Source: Gemmatimonadales bacterium
GTDB taxonomy: Bacteria > Gemmatimonadota > Gemmatimonadetes > Gemmatimonadales > GWC2-71-9
Length of the DNA: 64,000 nt
Assembly (NCBI GenBank): GCA_038321865.1
Contig: JBBQFH010000001.1
Location: 1 to 64,000, forward strand
Direction of reading: 5' to 3'
Of the stretch, positions 39,866 through 48,842 are shown in pieces. Numbering within the stretch: position 1 is the first letter of the stretch; each line of letters opens with the position of its first letter. The notes under the pieces were generated by a model that had not been told where the DNA came from, ran no database searches, and saw only the letters and a list, made by a program, of their open reading frames with translations. A program made the translations under genes and the position numbers.

Positions 39866-40869
39866 GCCCGGACGGGCTCGCGCTGAGCCATCTCCGCGCC
39901 GATGTGCTGACTCAAGCCGGCCCGGACGGCCTGAACGGCCACGCGGATCGCGTTCTTGATGGCGTTCCCCCCGGAGGCACCGTGGCAGATGATGCACACG
40001 CCGCGCACACCAAGCAGCGGCGCACCACCGTATTCGGAGTAGTCGAGGGTGCGGAAGACGGTCCGGATGTCGTCGCGATCGAGCACCTCGGGCGCCTGAC
40101 GCTTGACGAGCCGCACGATGAGCCGGGCGACCGACTCGTAGAACTTCAGGACGACGTTGCCGACGAAGCCGTCGCAGATGACCACGTCGAGCATCCCGTA
40201 CTTCTCGTGGCCCGCGAGGATGTCGCGGCCTTCCACGTTTCCGCGGTAATTGATGCCGGCCCGGGCCTTGAGGAGCTGGTGCGCCTCCTTCACCACCGCG
40301 TTGCCCTTCTCGTCCTCGGCCCCGACGTTGAGCAGGCCGACGGAGGGGTTGGGACGTCCGAGGATGTCCCGCACGTAGACGGTGCCCAGCACCGCGAAGC
40401 AGACGAGCTCGCGGGCCGAGCAATCCACGTTGGCGCCGCCATCAAGCACCAGCACGGGCTCGTCGGCAGTCGGAAAGAGCGTTGCGACCGTCGCACGCTC
40501 GACACCGTCGTGGAGGCCCAGCAGGAGGGTGGATGCGGCCAGCACCGCGCCGGTGTTGCCGGCGGACACGAAGGCGTCGGAATTCCCGGCCTTCTGCCGG
40601 GCAAGACCGACCACGATGCTTGAGTCGGGCTTGCGGCGCACGGCCGAGAGCGGCTTCTCCGCCATGCCGATGACCTCGGCCGCGGGCACGATTTCCAATC
40701 GTGAGCGGTCGACGCCGGCGTGCCGGAGCAGCTCTGCCTCGATCACGTCGGGCCTGCCGACCAGCTGAACGACAAAATCGGGGAATTGCGCGATCGCCTG
40801 AAGCGCGCCCTCAATTTCAGCTTGAGGAGCGTGATCGCCCCCCATCGCGTCCACGGCGACGCGAATCAC
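39862..40869 (-). CDS. plsX: Phosphate acyltransferase PlsX
   Basis: VDAMGGDHAP, SAGNTGA, CDGFVGN and GGAPLLGV. Confidence 0.96.
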   Translation of the reverse strand: MIRVAVDAMGGDHAPQAEIEGALQAIAQFPDFVVQLVGRPDVIEAELLRHAGVDRSRLEIVPAAEVIGMAEKPLSAVRRKPDSSIVVGLARQKAGNSDAFVSAGNTGAVLAASTLLLGLHDGVERATVATLFPTADEPVLVLDGGANVDCSARELVCFAVLGTVYVRDILGRPNPSVGLLNVGAEDEKGNAVVKEAHQLLKARAGINYRGNVEGRDILAGHEKYGMLDVVICDGFVGNVVLKFYESVARLIVRLVKRQAPEVLDRDDIRTVFRTLDYSEYGGAPLLGVRGVCIICHGASGGNAIKNAIRVAVQAVRAGLSQHIGAEMAQREPVRA

Positions 40870-40871
40870 GT

Positions 40872-41054
40872 TCAGCTGTCCTCGACCTCGACCACCTTCT
40901 TGCCGCCGTAATAGCCGCACGAATCGCAGACGCGATGCGCGAGCTTCGGCGAGCTGCACCGGGGACAGGCCTGGGGCCGCACACTGGCCGCGACATCGTG
41001 GCCGCGCCGGAGGCGCTTGCGGGACTTCGAGGTACGACGCTTAGGTACCGCCAT
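40872..41054 (-). CDS. rpmF: 50S ribosomal protein L32
   Basis: MAVPKRRTSK...CPRC...HRVCDSCGYY. Confidence 0.96.
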   Translation of the reverse strand: MAVPKRRTSKSRKRLRRGHDVAASVRPQACPRCSSPKLAHRVCDSCGYYGGKKVVEVEDS

Positions 41055-41532
41055 TGGGTCCTCTAACGGGTTCGGCAGACTCTGCGCAGTGGCAGGCGCC
41101 CGCATTCAAATCTGCGCCGCACCTGGGGCACAGCCCTGCACAGTCTTCCCGGCACTCCACGTACGGGCGTGCCGCCAGCACCAACTCTTCCCGGACCGCC
41201 TCACCGACATCGACATGCGTGGCGCTCTCGGCGAGCGGATAGACGCTCGGATCGTCCGCGGCATCCGGATCGCTGCTGAACAGCACATCCATGCCTGCGT
41301 CGATCACCTGCCGGACCGGCGTCAGGCAGCGGCGGCATTCCGCGTTCACCGTCGTCTGGATGCGGCCGCGCCAGAGGTATTCGCCCTCGGCGGTCGCCTG
41401 AAGCGCCCCGCCGACGTTCACCGGTTCGGCCAGTTCGAGGCCAAGACCCTCGAAGAGCGGGTCGGCTGGGTCGAACTGTCCTGCGGTCTCGACCGGACCC
41501 CGGCCGAGATCCCGAATATCCACCTTGAGCAT
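41041..41532 (-). CDS. yceD: YceD/DUF177 protein
   Basis: ECRRCL and CREDCAGLCPRCGADLN; located upstream of rpmF. Confidence 0.9.
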   Translation of the reverse strand: MLKVDIRDLGRGPVETAGQFDPADPLFEGLGLELAEPVNVGGALQATAEGEYLWRGRIQTTVNAECRRCLTPVRQVIDAGMDVLFSSDPDAADDPSVYPLAESATHVDVGEAVREELVLAARPYVECREDCAGLCPRCGADLNAGACHCAESAEPVRGPNGGT

Positions 41533-41540
41533 AGCCCGTT

Positions 41541-41569
41541 AACGTAACTAGGACAACAACTTGGGTCAA
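41541..41569 (-). promoter_or_regulatory. Sigma70 promoter of the yceD-rpmF-plsX-fab operon
   Basis: Minus strand TTGACC-N17-TACGTT, with only 8 nt before the ATG. Confidence 0.7.
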
Positions 41570-42000
41570 GTCGCCGAAATATCCGCCAACTCGCTCTCGG
41601 TGAAGAAGAAAGCGATTTCCCGCGCGGCATTATCGTCGCTGTCCGAGCCGTGCACGGCGTTTCGACCTATCGACTCGGCGTAGAGCTTCCGGATGGTGCC
41701 GGCCGCCGCCTCCGCCGGGTCGGTCGCGCCGATGACAGTGCGATAGTGGGCCACCGCATCCGCGCGCTCGAGCGCGAGCGGAAGACAGGGACCGCTGGTC
41801 ATGAACTCGACCAGTTCGCCGTAGAACGGGCGGCCGCGATGCACCTCGTAGAACGCGCCCGCCTGCGCCGGCGAAAGCCGTACCAGGCGCGCTCCCCGCA
41901 CGATGAATCCCTCGCGCTCGAGGTGCGCCAGGATGGCGCCGCTCTTGCCGGTGGCCACGGCGTCAGGCTTGATGATGGCCAGCGTACGATTCCGTGCCAT
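41566..42000 (-). CDS. ndk: Nucleoside diphosphate kinase
   Basis: TLAIIKPDA and NAVHGSDS. Confidence 0.97.
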   Translation of the reverse strand: MARNRTLAIIKPDAVATGKSGAILAHLEREGFIVRGARLVRLSPAQAGAFYEVHRGRPFYGELVEFMTSGPCLPLALERADAVAHYRTVIGATDPAEAAAGTIRKLYAESIGRNAVHGSDSDDNAAREIAFFFTESELADISAT

Positions 42001-42013
42001 GTCGAATCCCGTT

Positions 42014-42886
42014 CTACCTGAGTTTGGCCTGCAGCAGCGCGACGACGTCGATCGGTCGCTTCATGACTGCGATGCCCGCAGCGGCGAACGCCTCCATCTT
42101 CTCCTCGGCGGTGCCACTCGAGCCCGAAATGATAGCGCCGGCGTGACCCATCCGGCGGCCCTTCGGCGCCGTCTGACCGGCGATGAAGCCGACCACCGGC
42201 TTGGTGACGCTCGCCTTGACGAACGCCGCGGCGTGCTGCTCGTCGGTGCCGCCGATTTCACCCAGCATGACGATGGCATCGGTCCCGGCATCATCCTGGA
42301 AAGCTCCCAGGCAGTCGATGAAGTTGGTGCCGATGATCGGGTCGCCGCCGATTCCGACACAGGTGCTCTGGCCGAGCCCGTTCTTCGTGAGGTGGTTGAC
42401 CACCTCGTAGGTGAGCGTGCCGCTCCGGGATACCAGCCCCACACGGCCGGGCGCGCAGATGTTGCCGGGGATGATGCCGACCTTGCTCTGGCCCGGGGAA
42501 ATGAGGCCCGGGCAGTTGGGCCCGATCAGACGGGCGCCCTTGCTGCGCACATACGGCATGACGCGCGTCATGTCCATCACGGGGACGCCCTCGGTGATGC
42601 ACACGATCAGCCGCAGGCCCGCGTCCGCCGCCTCATAGATGGCGCCGGCGGCGCCGGCGGGCGGCACATAGATCACTGAGGTGTTGGCGCCGGTGTCGCG
42701 CACCGCATCGGCGACCGTGTTGAAGACCGGTACCTGGCCCTCGAACCGCTGGCCCCCCTTCCCCGGCGTCACGCCGGCGACGACCTGGGTGCCGTACTCC
42801 ATCATCTGCTTCGCGTGGAACGAGCCGTCCCGCCCGGTGATGCCCTGAATGACCAGCCGCGTCTCGCGATCGATGAAGATGCTCAC
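42014..42886 (-). CDS. sucD: Succinyl-CoA synthetase alpha subunit
   Basis: [20 protein letters not shown] and MGHAGAI. Confidence 0.97.
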   Translation of the reverse strand: MSIFIDRETRLVIQGITGRDGSFHAKQMMEYGTQVVAGVTPGKGGQRFEGQVPVFNTVADAVRDTGANTSVIYVPPAGAAGAIYEAADAGLRLIVCITEGVPVMDMTRVMPYVRSKGARLIGPNCPGLISPGQSKVGIIPGNICAPGRVGLVSRSGTLTYEVVNHLTKNGLGQSTCVGIGGDPIIGTNFIDCLGAFQDDAGTDAIVMLGEIGGTDEQHAAAFVKASVTKPVVGFIAGQTAPKGRRMGHAGAIISGSSGTAEEKMEAFAAAGIAVMKRPIDVVALLQAKLR

Positions 42887-44022
42887 GCTGCCTCCCTGGC
42901 CAGGGCGACCACCTTCTCCACCGCCTCGTCCATGTCGTTGAGTGCCGTCATGCCGGCCGCGTTGAGGATCTTCACGGCTTCCTGTTCGTTCGTACCGGTC
43001 AGCCGGATCACCAGCGGCACCTTAAGCTGGATCTGCTTCGTCGCGGTCACGATGCCGTTGGCGACGTCATCGGTCCGGGTGATGCCGCCGAAGATGTTGA
43101 ACAGAATCGCCTTCACGTTGGGATCACTGGTGATGATCTTCAGCGCGTTGACCACCTTTTCCGGGTTCGAGCTGCCGCCGATGTCGAGAAAATTCGCCGG
43201 ATCGCCGCCGTAGTACTTGACCAGATCCTTCGTCGCCATGGCGAGCCCGGCGCCGTTCACGACGCAGCCGACGTTGCCATCGAGCTTGATGAACGTGAGG
43301 TTGGCCCGGCGGGCAGCGACTTCGCTCGGCTCCTCCGCCGACTCATCCCGCAGCGCGGCAAGATCGGGGCGCCGGTCGAGCTCGTTGTCGTCGATGATGA
43401 TCTTCGCGTCCAGCGCCAGCACCTGTCCGTCAGGCGTGGTCACAAGCGGGTTGATCTCCGCCAGCGAGGCGCCGTTGGTGGTGAACGCCTTCCAGAGCTG
43501 TTCCATGATCTTCGCCGCGGTGCGCACCTGCGCGATATCCTGATAGAGCGTAAAGGCGAGCGAGAGCGCCTGGTGCGGAAGCAGCCCATAGACGGGGTCC
43601 ACCGGGAGCCGTGTGATCTTCTCGGGTGTCGTCGCCGCGACCTCTTCGATGTCCACGCCGCCGGCCGCACTCACCATGAATACCGGGCGCTGCGTTTCAC
43701 GGTCCATGATCAGGCCGACATAGCTCTCGGTGGCGATCTGGGCCGCCGGCACCACGAGCACCTTCTGCACCGTCAGGCCCTTGATCTGCATGCCAAGGAT
43801 CCGCGATGCATGCTCCCTGGCCTCCGCCGGATTGGCCGCGAGCTTCACCCCCCCCGCCTTGCCGCGCCCGCCGACGTGCACCTGCGCCTTGATCACGACG
43901 GTGCCGCCCAAGCGCCGGGCGATGGCCTCGGCCTCGTCGGGGGTGGCAGCCACGTCGCCGTCGAACTGCGGAATGCCGACCGCCTTCAGCAGGTCGCGGG
44001 CCTGGTACTCATGCAGATTCAC
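42883..44022 (-). CDS. sucC: Succinyl-CoA synthetase beta subunit
   Basis: [20 protein letters not shown] and NIFGGI. Confidence 0.97.
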   Translation of the reverse strand: MNLHEYQARDLLKAVGIPQFDGDVAATPDEAEAIARRLGGTVVIKAQVHVGGRGKAGGVKLAANPAEAREHASRILGMQIKGLTVQKVLVVPAAQIATESYVGLIMDRETQRPVFMVSAAGGVDIEEVAATTPEKITRLPVDPVYGLLPHQALSLAFTLYQDIAQVRTAAKIMEQLWKAFTTNGASLAEINPLVTTPDGQVLALDAKIIIDDNELDRRPDLAALRDESAEEPSEVAARRANLTFIKLDGNVGCVVNGAGLAMATKDLVKYYGGDPANFLDIGGSSNPEKVVNALKIITSDPNVKAILFNIFGGITRTDDVANGIVTATKQIQLKVPLVIRLTGTNEQEAVKILNAAGMTALNDMDEAVEKVVALAREAA

Positions 44023-44960
44023 GTTTGCCTCACTATGGTGGTTCCGGTCTCGCCCCTGAGCGCCGCCGGTCCATCCGACAGGCGCGCGATCACGGCCCGC
44101 TCGCCCCCGTCTCGCACGAAACTCGCCGCGGCCTGCACCTTGGGCCGCATGCTCCCGGCCGGGAGGGCTCCGCTCTCCAGCATCTGATCAGCCTCCGCCA
44201 GCGTGAGGCGGCGGAGCGGACGCTGCCCGGGCGTGCCCCAGCCTTCGTACACGGCGTCCACGTCGGTGAGGATCAACAACACCTCGGCACCGAGCTGGCG
44301 CGCGAGGAGCGCGGCCACGAGGTCCTTGTCCACGACGGAATCGAGACCCTCGAGCCCGCGAAGCCGATCCCGATACACCGGCGGGCCGCCGCCGCCGGCG
44401 GCGATCACGATGACGCCCTCGCGAACGAGGCGCATGACCAGCGGTGCCTCGACGATCTCCTGCGGGCGGGGGCTCTTCGCCAGGCGCCGCCACTGCCCCG
44501 CGCCATCCTGGCCAATCGGAACACCCGCGGCGCGCAGGCGCTGAGCCCGGTCGGCGGAGAGAGCGTGTCCGATCGGCTTGCTCGGGGTGGCCAGCGCGGG
44601 ATCGGCGGGGTCGACCAGGGTCTGAGTGACCAGCGTGACCACGTCTCGACGGACTCCGGCCCGGGCGAGCGCGTTCTGCAGGGACTGCTGCAGCATGTAG
44701 CCGATCCAGCCGGCGGTTCCCGCCACCAGCACACCGAGCGGCAGCGGCTCCGCTACGGACTCCGCGAGCTCGTTTCTCGCGAGCTCGTCACCAACCTGCG
44801 GGCCGTTCCCGTGGACGATCGCGATCTGCCACCCGTCGCGGGCGAGTTCCACGATCGGCGCGATGCTTTCGCGGGCGTGGCGGAACTGATTCGTGATCGT
44901 CGGGCGTTCGCCCGCACGGGCCAGCGCATTTCCGCCCAGGGCGAGGACCGCCGTTCGCAT
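44019..44960 (-). CDS. arcC: Carbamate kinase
   Basis: ALGGNAL, HGNGPQVG, GGGGPPV, DKDL and GSMRPKV. Confidence 0.92.
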   Translation of the reverse strand: MRTAVLALGGNALARAGERPTITNQFRHARESIAPIVELARDGWQIAIVHGNGPQVGDELARNELAESVAEPLPLGVLVAGTAGWIGYMLQQSLQNALARAGVRRDVVTLVTQTLVDPADPALATPSKPIGHALSADRAQRLRAAGVPIGQDGAGQWRRLAKSPRPQEIVEAPLVMRLVREGVIVIAAGGGGPPVYRDRLRGLEGLDSVVDKDLVAALLARQLGAEVLLILTDVDAVYEGWGTPGQRPLRRLTLAEADQMLESGALPAGSMRPKVQAAASFVRDGGERAVIARLSDGPAALRGETGTTIVRQT

Positions 44961-44996
44961 CACGAGGCGCCTCCGCCCGGTGGCGAAAAGCGTAGC

Positions 44997-45025
44997 AAGG
45001 TAGCCCGCCACCGGAGGGCGAGCAA
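44997..45025 (-). promoter_or_regulatory. Putative sigma70 promoter of arcC-sucCD-ndk
   Basis: Minus strand TTGCTC-N17-TACCTT. Confidence 0.5.
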
Positions 45026-45027
45026 GC

Positions 45028-47466
45028 TCATCGGTGCACCGAATCGGCGCGTGCGCCGAGCGCCAGCCGCAAGGCATCGAAGGCGCGTCCGAACGCGGCC
45101 CAATCCCCCCGCCGGAGCGCCTCGTCCGCTACCCGAACCCAGCGCTGGGCCTCAGCGATCGTGCCCCCGCCGGCTCCGGGTGGGAGCGGCCCGCTTGCCC
45201 CGCGAAGGTTGTCCCAGGCCGCGCCGAGCGTGCGGCCCGCGCCCAGCCGGTCCCCCACCGCGATGGTTTCCCACGCGATCACCGGGCGCACGTCGGGCCG
45301 CACGGCGATGTGGGACTGGGTCGCTCCGATCCCGTCGGCCGCCACCCAGAGGTTCACGGGCCGGGCCTCGAGTCGCGACCCCGCCGCGGTGACGGAGTCA
45401 CGCAGCTGATCGTAGGTGGGGAACCGGTTCCACCGCGCGGAGAGGACCGCGAGTGTCGGCAGGCTCACCGCGCTGTCGATCGTGATGAGCTCCAGCCGGT
45501 CACGCCCGGAATCAGCGCGGCCGCGCAGGACCGAGGCGATCCTCCGCCCGCCCCGGTGGAACGCGGCCAGCAGCTCGATGCCGCCGCCATCGGCACGCCA
45601 GGCGACCTGCGGCTGCGCCGGATCGAGCGGGTTCTCGGCCGACCGCGCCGCCAGCGTCCCCGGGCCACCGGCCGTGCGTTCCAGCGTGAGCGCCTGCAGG
45701 CGGAACAGGTCCGCCGGATAGCGTTGCACCGCCGCGACCGCCGGAGGCAGGGCGCCCGGGTCCTCGATCAGCCCGCCGGCCATGGCGGTCCATGCTGCCG
45801 CCAGCGGACCGCCGCCGCTCCGCTGGTAGATATGCGTCTCGCCGGACTCGGCATCCACCGTTCCGAGATATCCCGCGCGGACGCTGCTGGACACGCCCTT
45901 GCGCCACTCCAGGGGCTCCGCCAACGGAAACGTCTCCGTGGACACGTAGCCGTCGGCGAGCCAGAGCAACCGCCCACCGACGATCGCGGCCCACGCCGAT
46001 GACCACTGCGCGAACGGCGCCAGCCTCGTGAGCCGATCGCCGGGCTCGCGGTGCCACGCCACCCGGTCGCCCTCCGGTACGCTTCCGAGCAGCTCGGGCG
46101 CCTGCAGCGCCCACGCCAGCAAGATCCGGCGCAGCGCGCCGCCGAGCTCCGGACCGGACGCCGCCGAGTCCAGGTCATACGGCGCGGCGCCCGGCCGCAC
46201 GGCATGACGGGAGACGTCCAGAAACGGATACGGCGTCGGATACGCGACTGAATCACCGCCGCGGTAGTACAGCGGTCCGCCCGCCGCGGTCAGCCGATCA
46301 TCCGCGAGGGCGACGATGCCGGCGGTCTGACTGGTCGCGCGAAGCACGAGCCAGACCGGGTGAATCTCGCCGCCGGCGCTGATCAGCCCCGCGTCGGTTG
46401 CCACGACCGATCGGGTGTCCTGGGCGACGGCACGCGGCGCGCTGCCCGCGTCCCATCGCGGCGTCCAGCGGGCCGGCGCGGCCGACAGTCCGGCGCGCAC
46501 ATCCGCCACGACCCCGTCGGTGCCGAAGGCCACCTCGCCGAAGTGCCGGGAAACCGAGGGACTGACGGCGGGCGTATCGCTCCGCGGACCGAAGAGTGGG
46601 AGCAGCCGATGTCCGCCAACACTGGCGATCAGCAGGACCACCCAGCCTGCGGCGGCGAGCGCGTGCCGAGGGCGCAGCGCCCAAAGCGCCGAAAGCACCG
46701 CCACCATCAAAGCGGTGCCGGCGAGTGCCGGAGCCACCAGGGTCGTCAGATCGAAGAGCTGCCGCGACGGCACGCCGTTGGCTGCGGCTACCAGCTCATA
46801 CGGCTCCAGCAGGTAGCCCCAGGCGAGACACGCGGCGAGGGCGCAGAGGAGCCAGCCGATGTGGGCGCGCGCATGGTCGTTGATCGCCACTCGCCCGCCC
46901 AGCATGCGCACCGCGCCGATCACGGCATAGAGGGCGATGACGGCGGAGAGCGCCACGAGCACCGACCGGAGGGTGAATGCATGCAGCGCGCGCCAGAGCG
47001 GCAGCTGGGCGACGTAGAAGCCGGCATCGAGGTTCAGCAGCGGCTCGACGAGTCCGTAGCTCACGCCCCGCCATGCGAGCGCCACCGTGGGCCAGTACTG
47101 CGACGAATCGAGGCCGACCAGCAGTCCGAGGATGAGTCCCACGCCGACCGCGCCGGAGACCAGGAGCCCGGGCGTCACCGTTTCGCGGATCTCGAGGTTC
47201 CCGACGTGCCGAGGCACCTGCACCGATCCGACGGCCCGGGTGACGAACAGGAGATTTCCCACGAACCACGCCGTCGCGCACAGCACGCCGGCCACGTCGA
47301 GGGCGAGCTGAAGGAGGTTGAGCCGGGTGAGGAATTCGGATGCCGCAGGCGACACTTGCGCCGCCCACCACCGCTCCGCGAGGAACGCGGCCATCCAGCG
47401 TCCCGCGAACAGCAGGAGCGCGACGGTGGCGAGCGCGAGGGCGAGGCGACTCCGGCGCGACAGCAC
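45028..47466 (-). CDS. UPF0182-family membrane protein (divergent)
   Basis: EPLLNLDAGFYVAQLP, LAPF..GRLLWLADGY, VDAESG, RYPADLF and GDWAAFG motifs. Confidence 0.8.
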   Translation of the reverse strand: MLSRRSRLALALATVALLLFAGRWMAAFLAERWWAAQVSPAASEFLTRLNLLQLALDVAGVLCATAWFVGNLLFVTRAVGSVQVPRHVGNLEIRETVTPGLLVSGAVGVGLILGLLVGLDSSQYWPTVALAWRGVSYGLVEPLLNLDAGFYVAQLPLWRALHAFTLRSVLVALSAVIALYAVIGAVRMLGGRVAINDHARAHIGWLLCALAACLAWGYLLEPYELVAAANGVPSRQLFDLTTLVAPALAGTALMVAVLSALWALRPRHALAAAGWVVLLIASVGGHRLLPLFGPRSDTPAVSPSVSRHFGEVAFGTDGVVADVRAGLSAAPARWTPRWDAGSAPRAVAQDTRSVVATDAGLISAGGEIHPVWLVLRATSQTAGIVALADDRLTAAGGPLYYRGGDSVAYPTPYPFLDVSRHAVRPGAAPYDLDSAASGPELGGALRRILLAWALQAPELLGSVPEGDRVAWHREPGDRLTRLAPFAQWSSAWAAIVGGRLLWLADGYVSTETFPLAEPLEWRKGVSSSVRAGYLGTVDAESGETHIYQRSGGGPLAAAWTAMAGGLIEDPGALPPAVAAVQRYPADLFRLQALTLERTAGGPGTLAARSAENPLDPAQPQVAWRADGGGIELLAAFHRGGRRIASVLRGRADSGRDRLELITIDSAVSLPTLAVLSARWNRFPTYDQLRDSVTAAGSRLEARPVNLWVAADGIGATQSHIAVRPDVRPVIAWETIAVGDRLGAGRTLGAAWDNLRGASGPLPPGAGGGTIAEAQRWVRVADEALRRGDWAAFGRAFDALRLALGARADSVHR

Positions 47467-47470
47467 CGCG

Positions 47471-48841
47471 CTACGCCCGGATGCCCTGCTCCGCGAGCCA
47501 GCCCATGACCTCGGACCGATAGGTGTCGAGTTCCGCCTCGGTCTCGGCTTCGAAGCGAAGGACGACGATCGGCTGGGTATTCGACGCGCGGAGCAGGCCC
47601 CAGCCATGGGGAAACGTCATGCGAACGCCGTCGATCGTGTTGACCGGGTAGCGCTCGCCGAAGTAGGTGGCGGCCCGCGCCACAAGCGCAAATTTTTCGT
47701 CATCCGGACAATCGACCCTCATCTCCGGAGTCGCCGCGGTCCGGGGAAGGTCGGCGAGCAGACGGGCGATGCCGACGGCACCGCGGGACACGATCTCGAG
47801 CAGCCGGGCGGCGGCAAACAGGGCGTCGTCGAATCCGAAATAATCGCCGCCGAAAAAGATGTGCCCGCTCATTTCACCGGCCAGCGGCGCATCGAGCTCC
47901 TTCATCCTGGCCTTGATCAGGGAGTGCCCCGTCTTCCACATCACCGGCTTGGCCCCCGCCTTCGTGAGCGCCGCCGGCAGGACCTCCGAGCACTTCACGT
48001 CGAAGATGACCGGCGTGTCCTTGCCGAACCGCTGCACCGCGTCGCGGCCGAAGATGACCATCAGCTGGTCGCCGAAGAGGATCTCCCCGGTCTCGTCGAC
48101 GGCGCCGATGCGATCGCCATCGCCATCAAACGCGATACCAAGCTCGGCGCCCTCCCGGCGGACCGCCGCCTGAAGGTCGCGGAGATTCACCGGCACGGTC
48201 GGATCAGGATGATGGTTGGGAAAGGTCCCGTCGGACTCGCAGAAGAGTCCGGTGACCTCAGCGCCCATCCCCTGCAGCGTCTGCACCGCGATCAGACTCG
48301 CGACGCCGTTGCCGCAGTCCACGACGACACGCACCGGCCGGTCGAGGTGGTTGCGGGCGAGGATGGCGTCACGGTAGCGCCCCAGGATCGAGCTGTCGGC
48401 GCGCTCGGAGCCGGCGCCCTCTCGCCACTGCTCGGTGACGATCGATTCCCACAGCGCGACTATGCCGGCACCGTGCATCGGGTCACCCCCGAGCACCAGC
48501 TTGAAGCCGTTGAACTCGGGCGGGTTGTGCGATCCTGTCACCTGACAGCCACCGTCTACCTCGAGCATATGCACGGCGAAATACAACGCGGGCGTCGGCA
48601 GCATTCCGACATCGACCGCTGTGCCGCCCGCCGCCGCGACGCCCTGGCGGAACGCGTCTGCGAGTGCGCCGCCGGAAGGCCGGTTGTCCCGCCCCACCGC
48701 GATGATCGGGGCGCGGTTGAGCGCGCTCCAACCGGCGGTCGCGAACGCCTGGCCCAGCGCGCGGGCGAACTCAGGCGTCAGTTCGGAGCCGACCAGGCCC
48801 CGAACGTCGTATTCGCGGAAGATCGACCTGGGGACGTTCAT
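47471..48841 (-). CDS. Phosphomannomutase/phosphoglucomutase (AlgC-like)
   Basis: IFREYDVRG, TGSHNP, FDGDGDR, GEMSGH and RASNTQP. Confidence 0.95.
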   Translation of the reverse strand: MNVPRSIFREYDVRGLVGSELTPEFARALGQAFATAGWSALNRAPIIAVGRDNRPSGGALADAFRQGVAAAGGTAVDVGMLPTPALYFAVHMLEVDGGCQVTGSHNPPEFNGFKLVLGGDPMHGAGIVALWESIVTEQWREGAGSERADSSILGRYRDAILARNHLDRPVRVVVDCGNGVASLIAVQTLQGMGAEVTGLFCESDGTFPNHHPDPTVPVNLRDLQAAVRREGAELGIAFDGDGDRIGAVDETGEILFGDQLMVIFGRDAVQRFGKDTPVIFDVKCSEVLPAALTKAGAKPVMWKTGHSLIKARMKELDAPLAGEMSGHIFFGGDYFGFDDALFAAARLLEIVSRGAVGIARLLADLPRTAATPEMRVDCPDDEKFALVARAATYFGERYPVNTIDGVRMTFPHGWGLLRASNTQPIVVLRFEAETEAELDTYRSEVMGWLAEQGIRA

Positions 48842-48842
48842 C

